From an uncultured bacterium (GTDB taxonomy: Bacteria; Spirochaetota; B62-G9; DRHN01): DNA of 57,405 bases. The notes under the pieces are model-generated. The model ran no database searches. It was given only the letters and a program-made list of their open reading frames with translations, and had not been told where the DNA came from. Location of the stretch: contig CBFDDP010000004.1 of assembly GCA_965603595.1 (NCBI GenBank), positions 1 to 57,405 on the forward strand. Direction: 5' to 3'. This document shows, one piece after another, positions 35,925 to 45,210 of this stretch; within the stretch, counting starts at the first letter, position 1, and each line of letters starts with the position of its first letter. Both the position numbers and the translations under genes were made by a program.

Positions 35925-36764
35925 TCAGAGGCTCATGAGCACAATGGCCACCATGGCAAGTACAACACCCGCTATCTCCAGGGATCCCAGCCGTTCACGC
36001 CACGCAATTCTCGATACGATGAGGGTGAGAAGTATGCTTCCGCAGGTTCTGAAGGGAAAGGCCACAATGCCAGGCACATCTCTGAGAGCTCGTATGATAA
36101 ACCAGTAATTTCCTATTCCCGCAAGACCCATGGCACCGCCAGTGAGAAGTTCCCGTTTGGATGGAAGGTGGTGGCTTATAATGTCCACGCATACTGCAAT
36201 CAGGAGCATCGTAGCAAAGAGGAAGATGAAATAGGTGTTCCGATGCTGTTCCAGGTTCAGCGAAACGAGTGTTTTTACAATCAGTGCACCGGCTCCGCTG
36301 AGGATAAAGGCAGCAGACAGATAGAGGATATCCCTCTTCCCCATGCTCGAGCCCTTCTCCTTGAATTTCCCCAGAAAGACAATGCTTATAACCGCGAGCA
36401 GAAGGCTGAGCCACTGCAGGGGGCCTGGAAGCTCATGCCACAGGAGTATGGAACCTGCGGTGGGAATCGTCATGGATAGGGTGATGATGGTCCAGGAAAT
36501 ACCGAGACGAACTCCACCCTTCAGGAGATGGAAGTAGGAGAATACAGCGAAGTACAAGGAGAAACCCCCGCATGTACCGAGAAGGGCAGCTGTCGAATTG
36601 AAATGTACACTTCTTTCAGTGAAGGAGATGATGAGTGCAACGAGAAAGGAGGCGGTGCCGATTCCCGTCATTGTACCGACTGGTTCGCATCCGCTCCGAA
36701 GCGATAGTCTGTATGAAACTGTCCATCCGAGTGAGCAGAGTATGCAGGCGAGGAGGTATATCAT
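35925..36764 (-). CDS. Polytopic membrane protein, DMT/EamA-like
   Basis: 279 aa with about 10 hydrophobic helices. Immediately downstream of, and probably co-transcribed with, the DUF2807 gene. Confidence 0.55.
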   Translation of the reverse strand: MIYLLACILCSLGWTVSYRLSLRSGCEPVGTMTGIGTASFLVALIISFTERSVHFNSTAALLGTCGGFSLYFAVFSYFHLLKGGVRLGISWTIITLSMTIPTAGSILLWHELPGPLQWLSLLLAVISIVFLGKFKEKGSSMGKRDILYLSAAFILSGAGALIVKTLVSLNLEQHRNTYFIFLFATMLLIAVCVDIISHHLPSKRELLTGGAMGLAGIGNYWFIIRALRDVPGIVAFPFRTCGSILLTLIVSRIAWRERLGSLEIAGVVLAMVAIVLMSL

Positions 36765-36771
36765 CAGGGCT

Positions 36772-37485
36772 TTACAGGATCTCTTTTATTTTTCCACCAC
36801 TTGATTTTTCAACCCTCTGCTTCCTGGGGTCTCCCTTGAACTCAAGGCTCCCTGCCGATTTGACCGATCCTTCGATGAGCTCTGTGGCGTATATTTCGGC
36901 GGACCCTCCCGATCCTATCTTGATATACGCATTATCGCAGATAAGCTCAAAGGCATGCATAGTGCCACCCGTATTGATCCCACTCTCCTGATCCCGGGCT
37001 TTGCCCGAGACAGTGAGTTCTCCAGCACTTGTCACGCTGCTGGAGAGTACGGTAACATCGACCTGTATATAGACACTGCCGCTACTTGCCACTTCCACTT
37101 CGAACTTGTCGCCTCTGATCACTGTTTCGCTGTGAAGCTCGGCCCCTGAGGTGCAGCGCAATTCTCGAAGTTTTGTGTAGGTCACATATACCCGAATATT
37201 CACGTCGCTGCCCGCGAGTACAGGTGGTTTTGATTTTACCTCGAGAGTGTTGCCCGTTACCTCGGTGGCAATCTTTTCAAGTTCGATTCCCTCCACAGTG
37301 ACCTTTGCCGCTTCACTGCTTCCCTCGCTCAAATAGAGTTTGATCGGTCCTGAAACCTTGACACCGTCGAATGCCTTCAGTGTGCGATTTTCAGAATCTG
37401 CGGCATATGCAGATGATACGATAACAGATATAATCAGGAACAGGAGAAAAAACAGCACGGCTGGGCGGAGACAGTGCTTCCCCAT
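36772..37485 (-). CDS. DUF2807 / head-GIN-domain (putative autotransporter-adhesin head-like) secreted protein
   Basis: Signal peptide, then FDGVKVSGPIKLYLSEGS...VTVEG...LEKI...GNTLEVK and repeated beta-helix-like segments. Confidence 0.65.
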   Translation of the reverse strand: MGKHCLRPAVLFFLLFLIISVIVSSAYAADSENRTLKAFDGVKVSGPIKLYLSEGSSEAAKVTVEGIELEKIATEVTGNTLEVKSKPPVLAGSDVNIRVYVTYTKLRELRCTSGAELHSETVIRGDKFEVEVASSGSVYIQVDVTVLSSSVTSAGELTVSGKARDQESGINTGGTMHAFELICDNAYIKIGSGGSAEIYATELIEGSVKSAGSLEFKGDPRKQRVEKSSGGKIKEIL

Positions 37486-37710
37486 CTTTCACCTCCCCCT
37501 CGATAGGATGAACACAGGATACGATCTATACCGCAGCAAGTCAATGAAAACCGGGATGATCCTTATTGCGTTCTCGCCTATTGAGATATAGGATACAAAT
37601 ATCTCTGCGAAAAGAAATTCAGGGAACTGCCTGCAGATGCGAAACAGAGTTACCGCACCTTGTGTTGGTATCAGGAGAGACCAGAAAAAGGGATATAAGG
37701 AGGGGAGCAC

Positions 37711-37902
37711 ATGCCGGCTATAGCAACACTGGAGGAGCTGAAGGCTGTCGATGAAGCCCTGCGTAAGCTGAAGGAGGAGCACCCCGAAGCCTATGACAAC
37801 TTTTCCAGGTTCTTCAGGGACAACCGCAAAATAGGGTATAAGAACATCATCAAGATGATGATTGGAGAGGCCACACCGGAAAAGCTTAAGGGGATGGGCT
37901 GA
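37711..37902 (+). CDS. Small hypothetical helical protein (63 aa)
   Basis: Strong AAGGAGGGGA RBS 5-6 nt upstream of the ATG. Lies directly upstream of the ECF sigma gene. Confidence 0.55.
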   Translation: MPAIATLEELKAVDEALRKLKEEHPEAYDNFSRFFRDNRKIGYKNIIKMMIGEATPEKLKGMG

Positions 37903-37970
37903 TCCGAAGACTGCATCAGTGTGTAGCATAGTACCTGCAATATTTTAGCCTGAAAGTCGTCATAGATATT

Positions 37971-38528
37971 GTGAGTGCGGAATCTGAAAAGAGAAGAATT
38001 GCCGAGTTTTTCAGAGCAGAAAAGAACCGGCTGGTGAACTATGTGCGGCGCTGGGTGCAGGATACGGCCGTCCGGGACAGTGAGGACATTGTACAGGATG
38101 TCATGGTCAATGTTTTTAATGTTGCAGATATCACAGCACCTATTGACAACCTGTCAGCGTACATATACCGGTCACTGTACAACCGTATCGTGGACGGGTT
38201 TCGCCGCAGACGCTGGTATCTCTCTCTCGAAGACACCATTGATGAGCGTGGTACATTGGCACTGAAAGATACCCTTTCAGACATACGGTATGATGCGCAG
38301 AGCGAACTGGAGCGCAAGGAGATTCGTGCACAGATACGCGATGCGCTTGATGAACTGAGCTTTGAGCAGAGACGGGTGTTCATCGCAACTGAAATCGAGG
38401 GCAGGTCATATCGGGAGTTATCCGATCTGTGGGGTATACCGGTCAGCACCCTGCTCTCGCAGAAGCACAGGGCAGTTCAAAAGATACGAATCGTACTCGC
38501 ACCCTATCTCACCGAAATGAAGGAGTAA
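37971..38528 (+). CDS. ECF-type RNA polymerase sigma-70 family factor
   Basis: Region 2 (DIVQDVMVNVF...YIYRSLYNRIVDGFRR) and region 4 (LSFEQRRVFIATEIEGRSYRELSDLWGIPVSTLLSQKHRAV). Confidence 0.8.
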   Translation: MSAESEKRRIAEFFRAEKNRLVNYVRRWVQDTAVRDSEDIVQDVMVNVFNVADITAPIDNLSAYIYRSLYNRIVDGFRRRRWYLSLEDTIDERGTLALKDTLSDIRYDAQSELERKEIRAQIRDALDELSFEQRRVFIATEIEGRSYRELSDLWGIPVSTLLSQKHRAVQKIRIVLAPYLTEMKE

Positions 38529-38532
38529 GATC

Positions 38533-39000
38533 ATGACAGAATCAAATCACAAACACTGGATGTTCAGGGACAGGGCTCCATTCTTCAAGGGTGTACGTAT
38601 TGCCGGCAAGGTGGTTTTCGGTATCGCAGCTGCGGCAGTATTTGCACTGGTGTTCGGGATCCTGGTAATGTTGCTGTGGAACTGGCTTATGCCACTCATA
38701 TTCGGTCTCCCGGAAATCACCTACTGGCAGGCATTCGGCATCGTGATCCTGGTGAAGCTGGTTTTCGGAACCATAGGACAGCGGCACGACCACAGTGACT
38801 GGCGTCGACCTCGAGACAGGTGGAAAAATGGGGAGCCAAAGGCCCATGACTGGATGCAGGCCGGTGAGAATCAGCACTGGCAGTACTGGCGTGACTTTTG
38901 GAAAGACGAGGGCAGAGACGTATTCGAGAAGTATATCAGGAGAAGAGGGGCCGAAGATCATGCTGCGTCCGATGGTACGGGGAATCGGGAGGAACCATGA
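38533..39000 (+). CDS. Membrane protein downstream of the ECF sigma (possible anti-sigma or partner)
   Basis: Starts 5 nt after the sigma stop. Two TM helices, then an Arg/Trp/Asp/His-rich tail. The stop overlaps the next start as ATGA. Confidence 0.5.
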   Translation: MTESNHKHWMFRDRAPFFKGVRIAGKVVFGIAAAAVFALVFGILVMLLWNWLMPLIFGLPEITYWQAFGIVILVKLVFGTIGQRHDHSDWRRPRDRWKNGEPKAHDWMQAGENQHWQYWRDFWKDEGRDVFEKYIRRRGAEDHAASDGTGNREEP

Positions 39001-39986
39001 AGGCAATGGTACTGAGCAGCCCGGGTAGTCCACTCGAACTTATGGAGGCCCCTGATCCCGTTCCCGGGCCCGGACAGGTTCTGATCAGGATACATGCATG
39101 CGGTGTGTGCCGCACCGACCTTCATGTAGTTGATGGTGAGCTCGCCCGACCTGCTCTGCCGCTCATACCCGGTCATGAGATTGTCGGCAGGGTAATAAGA
39201 ACAGGAGATGAGGTGACGAACATTCAGGAGGGAGACCGTGTGGGCGTACCATGGCTCGGCTCCACCTGCGGTGTCTGTACCTACTGCAGAGCAGGGATGG
39301 AGAATCTCTGTGACAATGCCCTATTCACGGGCTACACCATGAACGGCGGGTACGCAGAGTATACCACCTCCGATGCACGATACAGCTTCTTCCTTCCCCC
39401 TGGATACAGTGATATCGAAGCGGCTCCCCTGCTCTGTGCCGGTCTCATTGGATACCGCTCACTCGTCATGGCTGGTGATGCGCAGGCCCTTGGCATGTAC
39501 GGATTTGGTGCCGCGGCACATATTCTGATTCAGATTGCCATTCATCAGGGCCGTTCTGTCTATGCCTTTACAAGGCCGGGTGACGTGAGTGGGCAGGAGT
39601 TTGCCCGAAGTCTTGGCGCATCCTGGGCGGGTGATTCGACAGTGACACCTCCCGCTGAACTTGACGCCGCCATCATTTTCGCGCCGGTCGGCAGCCTCGT
39701 GCCCGAAGCCCTTCGTGCAGTCCGAAAGGGGGGGGTTGTGGTCTGTGCCGGAATACACATGAGCGACATTCCCTCCTTTCCCTATCGCCTGCTCTGGGGA
39801 GAGCGATCGATACGCTCAGTTGCAAATCTGACAAGACGGGATGGAGAGGAGTTTCTGGCGATTGCCCCGAAGGTGCCCGTTCACAACCAGGTGCAGAGAT
39901 ATTCGCTCGAACAGGCAAATGAAGCGCTCGCTGACCTGAAGGAGGGGAGGGTGCAGGGCGCTGCGGTACTCAGTATCCATGCATAG
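38997..39986 (+). CDS. Zinc-dependent alcohol dehydrogenase (MDR family)
   Basis: GVCRTDLH, PLIPGHEIVGRV, and the structural-zinc block GSTCGVCTYCRAGMENLC. The ORF-track start at 38898 is rejected. Confidence 0.85.
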   Translation: MKAMVLSSPGSPLELMEAPDPVPGPGQVLIRIHACGVCRTDLHVVDGELARPALPLIPGHEIVGRVIRTGDEVTNIQEGDRVGVPWLGSTCGVCTYCRAGMENLCDNALFTGYTMNGGYAEYTTSDARYSFFLPPGYSDIEAAPLLCAGLIGYRSLVMAGDAQALGMYGFGAAAHILIQIAIHQGRSVYAFTRPGDVSGQEFARSLGASWAGDSTVTPPAELDAAIIFAPVGSLVPEALRAVRKGGVVVCAGIHMSDIPSFPYRLLWGERSIRSVANLTRRDGEEFLAIAPKVPVHNQVQRYSLEQANEALADLKEGRVQGAAVLSIHA

Positions 39987-39997
39987 ATTAGGGATGC

Positions 39998-41278
39998 CTA
40001 TCTGACGACGAGTGTGGTCCATGCACCAGGTATGTAACGGTTTATAAAATGCAGGACCTCCTCGCGTTCTACTCCGTCAATTGCCTCGAATCTCTCCTCG
40101 AGGCTCAGGACCTGCTCACCCCGCATGAGACGTTCAGCCTCGTAATGGGCCCTTTTAATGGGTGATTGATATGAAATGGCAAGGCGTGTAATCACATAGC
40201 TCTTTGCCAGGTACAGTTCCTCATCGGAGGGAGGCTCCTCTGTCAGGTTCTGGAGCACCCTTTCAGTTTCTCTGATCACCCGGTGGTAGTTCCTCTTTCT
40301 CGTGGTTGCAAGGATAAACCAGGTGTAGGGTTGTATCCGTATGGAGAAGTAGGGCGAGATACTGTAGACGAGTCCGCTCTTTTCCCGAACCTCTTCGTAG
40401 AGCCTGCCGCCAAGCGAATTGTCGAGCACTGCGTTCACGACCTCGATGAGCACGGTATCCCTGCGGTCAAAATCCTCCAGTCTCGTTCCTATGATAATCC
40501 CCGCCTGTGTTATACCGCCCCGCTTTTCCTTGAAACCGGGAAGCCTATCAGGTTGCTGTTTCCTGCTCTCTCTTTTAGGAGCTGTCTGTAACCGAGGATC
40601 AGAACCAAATGTGCTTGCGACAAGTCGAGCCATTTTCTCTCCATCCAGGTTTCCCGACAATGCCAGCACCATGTTCCCAGGGGTAAAGAATGTTCTGTAT
40701 AATGTCAGAAGCTCATTCCTCTCCATTTTCTCAATGTTCCTGATCCTCTCTTCAGGAGACGCATAGAAGTCAGGATAAAAAACTGCTCGGTAAAAGTCGA
40801 ATCCCACATGGAGTGGAGAATCCTCCTGCGTGCGTATGGTCTGTACGGCAATGTTTTTGGCCTTGACGAGTTCCTCATCCAGGAAAAGGGGATATCGAGT
40901 CAGGTCGTACATCAGTTCGAGAAGCTGGCGCATATCCTCAGAAGCGACCGTAGCCTCGATGGCCCAGTAATCTCCAGTGATATAGGTGTCAACAGAATCT
41001 CCGAGCTGCGAGATATGGAGGCTGATATCGTCTGCCGTTCTGTACTGTGTCCCCCGCATAAGTGTATCGAGGATAAGTCGATACGTTCCACGTTCCTGAG
41101 CGGTCTCAAACTGCGTTCCGCCATAGATGAGGAGGCTCATGCCTGCAAGACTGCTTTCAGCAGATTCAGAAATCGAAAACGTGAAGCCGTTATCGAAACG
41201 GTATGGGGAAGTCTGTGGATGTGCCGCCCCGTAGGTGAGCAGCAGGAACAGGGCAAGAATATACAACGTTCTCTTCAT
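39998..41278 (-). CDS. M16-family peptidase, non-catalytic-type subunit (no HxxEH)
   Basis: Signal peptide and M16 fold pattern. The position of the zinc motif reads YRLILDTL. Overlaps the upstream M16 gene by 4 nt. Confidence 0.7.
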   Translation of the reverse strand: MKRTLYILALFLLLTYGAAHPQTSPYRFDNGFTFSISESAESSLAGMSLLIYGGTQFETAQERGTYRLILDTLMRGTQYRTADDISLHISQLGDSVDTYITGDYWAIEATVASEDMRQLLELMYDLTRYPLFLDEELVKAKNIAVQTIRTQEDSPLHVGFDFYRAVFYPDFYASPEERIRNIEKMERNELLTLYRTFFTPGNMVLALSGNLDGEKMARLVASTFGSDPRLQTAPKRESRKQQPDRLPGFKEKRGGITQAGIIIGTRLEDFDRRDTVLIEVVNAVLDNSLGGRLYEEVREKSGLVYSISPYFSIRIQPYTWFILATTRKRNYHRVIRETERVLQNLTEEPPSDEELYLAKSYVITRLAISYQSPIKRAHYEAERLMRGEQVLSLEERFEAIDGVEREEVLHFINRYIPGAWTTLVVR

Positions 41279-42708
41279 AGTGATTTTGTGGTGAGGTATT
41301 TGAGGATGAGAAACAGCCGCTCAGGACCTCTTGCAGGCCGCATTTCAATGGTGACCGTCTTTTCATCGGAGAAGTAGACGCGCCCGATGCGCATGACATC
41401 CTCCTTCTGCACATTCTCGAGAGCCTGCACGTACTCAGAAACAGTCATGATCCTGTTTCTGTATGTCAGGTTTTCGAGCTGGAACCACGCGAGATCTTCC
41501 GGTCGGTCGAGATTGAGTTTCACCCGTGCAATGAGGGCCCTCTTTGCTGCCTCGAACTCTGTCAGACTGAACATGCCTCTCTTCAATGCATCCATCTCAT
41601 CCTGAATAAGGGAACGGGCGGCATCCATGTCGTCTGGATCGACGCTGAGAAACACTGCCCATATACCTGTATTCGAGTAGGCATACCAATTAGGGTAAAG
41701 CTGTTCCGTGTACCCGGACTCCGTTACGATACGGCGGTGGAGCCTGGAATGTACACCTGACGCAAACAGAATATCAAATACCTCCATGGCGAAGAAATCG
41801 TCGTCATTTTTCCCCGGTGTAAGGAACCCGTAGATGAAAAATGACTGCTTGATAGGAATTTTCTTCATCAGAGTGTTCAGTGCCGGCTCCGGGACCTCGA
41901 ACTGCACAGATGGTACCGGCCGTACTTCTCCGGTGCTGTAGAGAGCCCGGAGCTCCCTCAGTGTTTCGAAGGCATTGCACCTGCCTGCAGCAATGACGGT
42001 CATGTTCGCAGGCGAATAGTATGTGTGGTAGAAATCACGAACATCCGCGAAGGTAATGGAGCTTATGGATTGTTTCGTTCCGATAACAAAACTGGTCAGG
42101 GGTGAACCCGGGAAGATCTGTTTTACAAGCTGAGTCAGGACCATGGCCCGCGGATCATTCCTGCCCAGGGCGAGTTCCTCAAGCACGATTTCCCGTTCCC
42201 CTTCCAGGTCCTCTTCAGTAAACTGAGGATTGTGTACGATTGTTGTCAGTGCATCCATGGATTTACTAAAATGCTCGGGAAGCACGGTGAAGTAGTAAGA
42301 GGTAAGCTCCATATCGGTGACAGCGTTTACACTTCCGCCCGTCTCTCGAATGGTGGTAAGAGGACTCGATCCGTCGACCTCCCTGAGGAGAAGATGCTCG
42401 AGCAGATGTGAGATGCCGGCATTCTGCTCCGATTCATACCGCCCACCGACCTCCACTGAAATCATTCCGTAGACAACGGGGGATGAGGGGATTTCTATGA
42501 CAAGAATCCGAGTGCCATTGGGGAGCTCATCGAGGATCATAATCCCACGGGCGGTCTCAACAACCATTGGCGGTTCCTCCATGGCGGGCCCTGCTGGACT
42601 TCCAGGGTCCTTATTCTCCCCGGTGACGCCCGAACCGAAGGATGGCGTGAGGAGAAACCAGATGGAGATAATAATCAAACCGGTCCTGATTTTCATGGAG
42701 AAACGCAT
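41275..42708 (-). CDS. M16-family zinc peptidase (insulinase-like), catalytic-type subunit
   Basis: GISHLLEHLLLRE (HxxEH) and a signal peptide. An alternative start lies at 42696. Confidence 0.8.
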   Translation of the reverse strand: MRFSMKIRTGLIIISIWFLLTPSFGSGVTGENKDPGSPAGPAMEEPPMVVETARGIMILDELPNGTRILVIEIPSSPVVYGMISVEVGGRYESEQNAGISHLLEHLLLREVDGSSPLTTIRETGGSVNAVTDMELTSYYFTVLPEHFSKSMDALTTIVHNPQFTEEDLEGEREIVLEELALGRNDPRAMVLTQLVKQIFPGSPLTSFVIGTKQSISSITFADVRDFYHTYYSPANMTVIAAGRCNAFETLRELRALYSTGEVRPVPSVQFEVPEPALNTLMKKIPIKQSFFIYGFLTPGKNDDDFFAMEVFDILFASGVHSRLHRRIVTESGYTEQLYPNWYAYSNTGIWAVFLSVDPDDMDAARSLIQDEMDALKRGMFSLTEFEAAKRALIARVKLNLDRPEDLAWFQLENLTYRNRIMTVSEYVQALENVQKEDVMRIGRVYFSDEKTVTIEMRPARGPERLFLILKYLTTKSL

Positions 42709-42733
42709 AGCCTATAGAGGATATATTTACTAA

Positions 42734-42884
42734 GGGCGAACTTCGAGTTTTTCAAACATACTATATGGAATAGAAATATATACGTTTAAAAAGCATTTTT
42801 GCCATGAAATACTCGAAGTTCGCCAGCACTATGCTCATTTAAACCAAATGAATGATTCTTTTTGTTGACGGGTTGGAAACTCGA
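42734..42884 (-). repeat. Intergenic repeat, copy B (long form, inverted relative to copy A)
   Basis: Contains GGCGAACTTCGAGT...(about 70 nt AT-rich)...ACTCGAAGTTCGCC, followed by AGCACTATGC...GTTGACGGGTTGGAAACTCGA. Its reverse complement aligns along the whole of copy A. Confidence 0.7.
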
Positions 42885-42998
42885 CATTTGCCCTACTATT
42901 ACGATATGTAAGCCGGTCCTGGTTGTCAACGGTTCTTGGTAGAGAGAAGTCAGATTGACTAAAAGTCCTCGCCTTTGGTGTACAGTGGAAATGTGAAC

Positions 42999-44750
42999 TC
43001 AACAGAACCGATGCAGGAGCTCTTCGATTATGTCGGCCGAGACAGGTCTTGAGAAATGATATCCCTGTATGGCGTCGCAGCCGAGAGAGCGTAGTATGGT
43101 AAGCTGCTCACCGGACTCGACGCCCTCTGCGGTTACCCGGATGCCGAGACTGTGCGCCATTGCGATGATTGCCCTGATAATTGCCACATCATCCGAATCC
43201 CGTGTCATATTGACAACGAAGGAGCGGTCGATCTTGAGTATCTGCACGGGCAATCGTTTCAGATAACCCAGAGATGAGTAACCTATACCGAAATCATCTA
43301 TGGAGATCTGTATTCCCCTGTTCTTCAGTGATTCGAGAAGATGCACAGTCTCGTCACATCGATGGATTGCACTGTTTTCCGTGATCTCCAGTCCCAGGAA
43401 GTGAGGGTCCATCTCCGTCTGGGCGAGAACTTCATTCACCTGCATGAGCAGGTTTCGGTGTTTCAACTGCCGCATGGAGAGGTTCACCGCTATGCGAATG
43501 GCAGGGAAGCCTCGTTCCTGCCACTTCCTGTTTTGTTCGCAGGCTCTCCGCAGCACATACTCACCTATCGGTACGATAAGGCCACTTTTTTCCGCTGCCG
43601 GTATGAACTGTTCCGGCGGAATGATCCCATAGTTGGGGTGTCTCCAGCGAACGAGAGCCTCGAGGGATATGATCTTCCCCGTGCGAAGATCGAGCTGTGG
43701 CTGAAAGTAGAGGAGCAGCTCTTCATTTTCCAGAGCTTTTCGTATGTTCTTCTCATGGGCCGGTTCCTCGGGCACCCCCTTTATTATGGAAGGGGTGTAG
43801 AACAGATACTGATGCCCACCGTCCTGCTTGGCCAGATACATGGCCGTATCTGCGTTTCTTATGAGTATTTCAGCGTTTGTGCCGTCGGACGGATACACAC
43901 TGATACCGATGCTCGTGTCTATAAGATACTCCTGATCGGCAATCATGTGCGGATACTTGCATGACTCCAGTATTCGCTGCGCAACCAGAGCTGCATCGTG
44001 CTCTCCCTCGATATCGCTCAGAATTACCGAAAATTCATCCCCGCCGAACCGTGATGCCGTTTCGCTCTCACGTATGCACCCCTTGAGCCGATCGGCAAAT
44101 GACATGAGCAGCAGATCGCCGCCACTGTGGCCCATGCTGTCATTGACCTGCTTGAAGCCGTCGAGATCGATGAAGAGAATAGCCACACAGGTATCGTTTC
44201 TGCGCGCATAGGCTATCGACTGTACGAGACGGTCATGGAACAGGTGTCTGTTCGGCAACTTAGTCAGCGTGTCATGATAGGCAAGGTAACGTTCGATGGT
44301 GCGGGACCGCTCCATGGTATGCATGATCTGCTGCCGTTCCATGGCGTACCGCAGGGACCGTATGAAGTTGAACCCGTCGAGATGATCGAGTGGGAGAAAG
44401 TCCTGTGCACCGCCCTGTATGGCCTGCAGGGTTTTGGATTCATCCTTCTGACGGCCGAGCAGGATGAGGGGAATCCCATCGGCCTGTTTCCGAATTTTGC
44501 TCAGTGTTTCAGGCCCCTCGTAGAGTGAGAGGCTCAACAGCAAGACATCGAATTCGTCAGCGTCGAGCAGTTCGAGCCCTTCGGTGAGATAATCCGTCCA
44601 CTCAACATCGATCAGGTCCTCTCCCACATCAACAGCAAATGCCCTGAGCATGAGTGCCTCTTCATGGTTGTTTTCCACGAGCAGAATTCTGATCGGTTTC
44701 GTTTCCGCTGCCGATGTGCCCTTTACTGCCGGCCGTGTGAGAAGATCCAT
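42999..44750 (-). CDS. Pseudo-receiver + GGDEF + EAL cyclic-di-GMP signalling protein
   Basis: RFGGDEFSVIL (GGDEF), SLEALVRW (EAL), DDFGIGYSS. The N-terminal REC-like domain has its signature residues substituted. Confidence 0.85.
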   Translation of the reverse strand: MDLLTRPAVKGTSAAETKPIRILLVENNHEEALMLRAFAVDVGEDLIDVEWTDYLTEGLELLDADEFDVLLLSLSLYEGPETLSKIRKQADGIPLILLGRQKDESKTLQAIQGGAQDFLPLDHLDGFNFIRSLRYAMERQQIMHTMERSRTIERYLAYHDTLTKLPNRHLFHDRLVQSIAYARRNDTCVAILFIDLDGFKQVNDSMGHSGGDLLLMSFADRLKGCIRESETASRFGGDEFSVILSDIEGEHDAALVAQRILESCKYPHMIADQEYLIDTSIGISVYPSDGTNAEILIRNADTAMYLAKQDGGHQYLFYTPSIIKGVPEEPAHEKNIRKALENEELLLYFQPQLDLRTGKIISLEALVRWRHPNYGIIPPEQFIPAAEKSGLIVPIGEYVLRRACEQNRKWQERGFPAIRIAVNLSMRQLKHRNLLMQVNEVLAQTEMDPHFLGLEITENSAIHRCDETVHLLESLKNRGIQISIDDFGIGYSSLGYLKRLPVQILKIDRSFVVNMTRDSDDVAIIRAIIAMAHSLGIRVTAEGVESGEQLTILRSLGCDAIQGYHFSRPVSADIIEELLHRFC

Positions 44751-45111
44751 GCTGCCTACCTGTCCTCTGTGTAATGTTATATGGAACGGCTGTTTCGTAT
44801 TAATATTATCGTTATTCTCTGTTGAAAGATAAGTTATGTCTGACGGAGAAAAGGCTTATGGGCATGAATATTCCATGTTCTCGGCTGTTTTCACTGCAGC
44901 ACATATCTTCACTCATTGCTTACATAAATATTAAAATATCGAGAGTTGCCTTATAAAAATAGATTTAAACTGGTATAAAAATTGCTCCACAGTTGGAAAC
45001 AAGAAAAAGACAAAGTACTTCATAGGTTAATGGGGGGCCTTTCGAAGCTATTATTATGTATTTTGGCGAATCTCAAATTGAAAACACTCCTATCAATTTA
45101 GGAGAAGATGT

Positions 45112-45210
45112 ATGAAAAAGTGGATTTTGCCCTGTGTGTTGGTTGCCGTGCCTCTGCTGTTTCTGCTGGCCGGTTGTGTGTACCCAGGAACCGGAACACT
45201 AAGCTTCTAA
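45112..45210 (+). CDS. Micro-lipoprotein (32 aa precursor; predicted 11-aa mature lipopeptide)
   Basis: MKKWILPCVLVAVPLLFLLAGCVYPGTGTLSF. AGGAG lies 7 nt upstream of the ATG. Classic lipobox LLAGC. The ORF is GC-rich and sits in an AT-rich spacer. It is too short for the ORF track. Confidence 0.5.
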   Translation: MKKWILPCVLVAVPLLFLLAGCVYPGTGTLSF

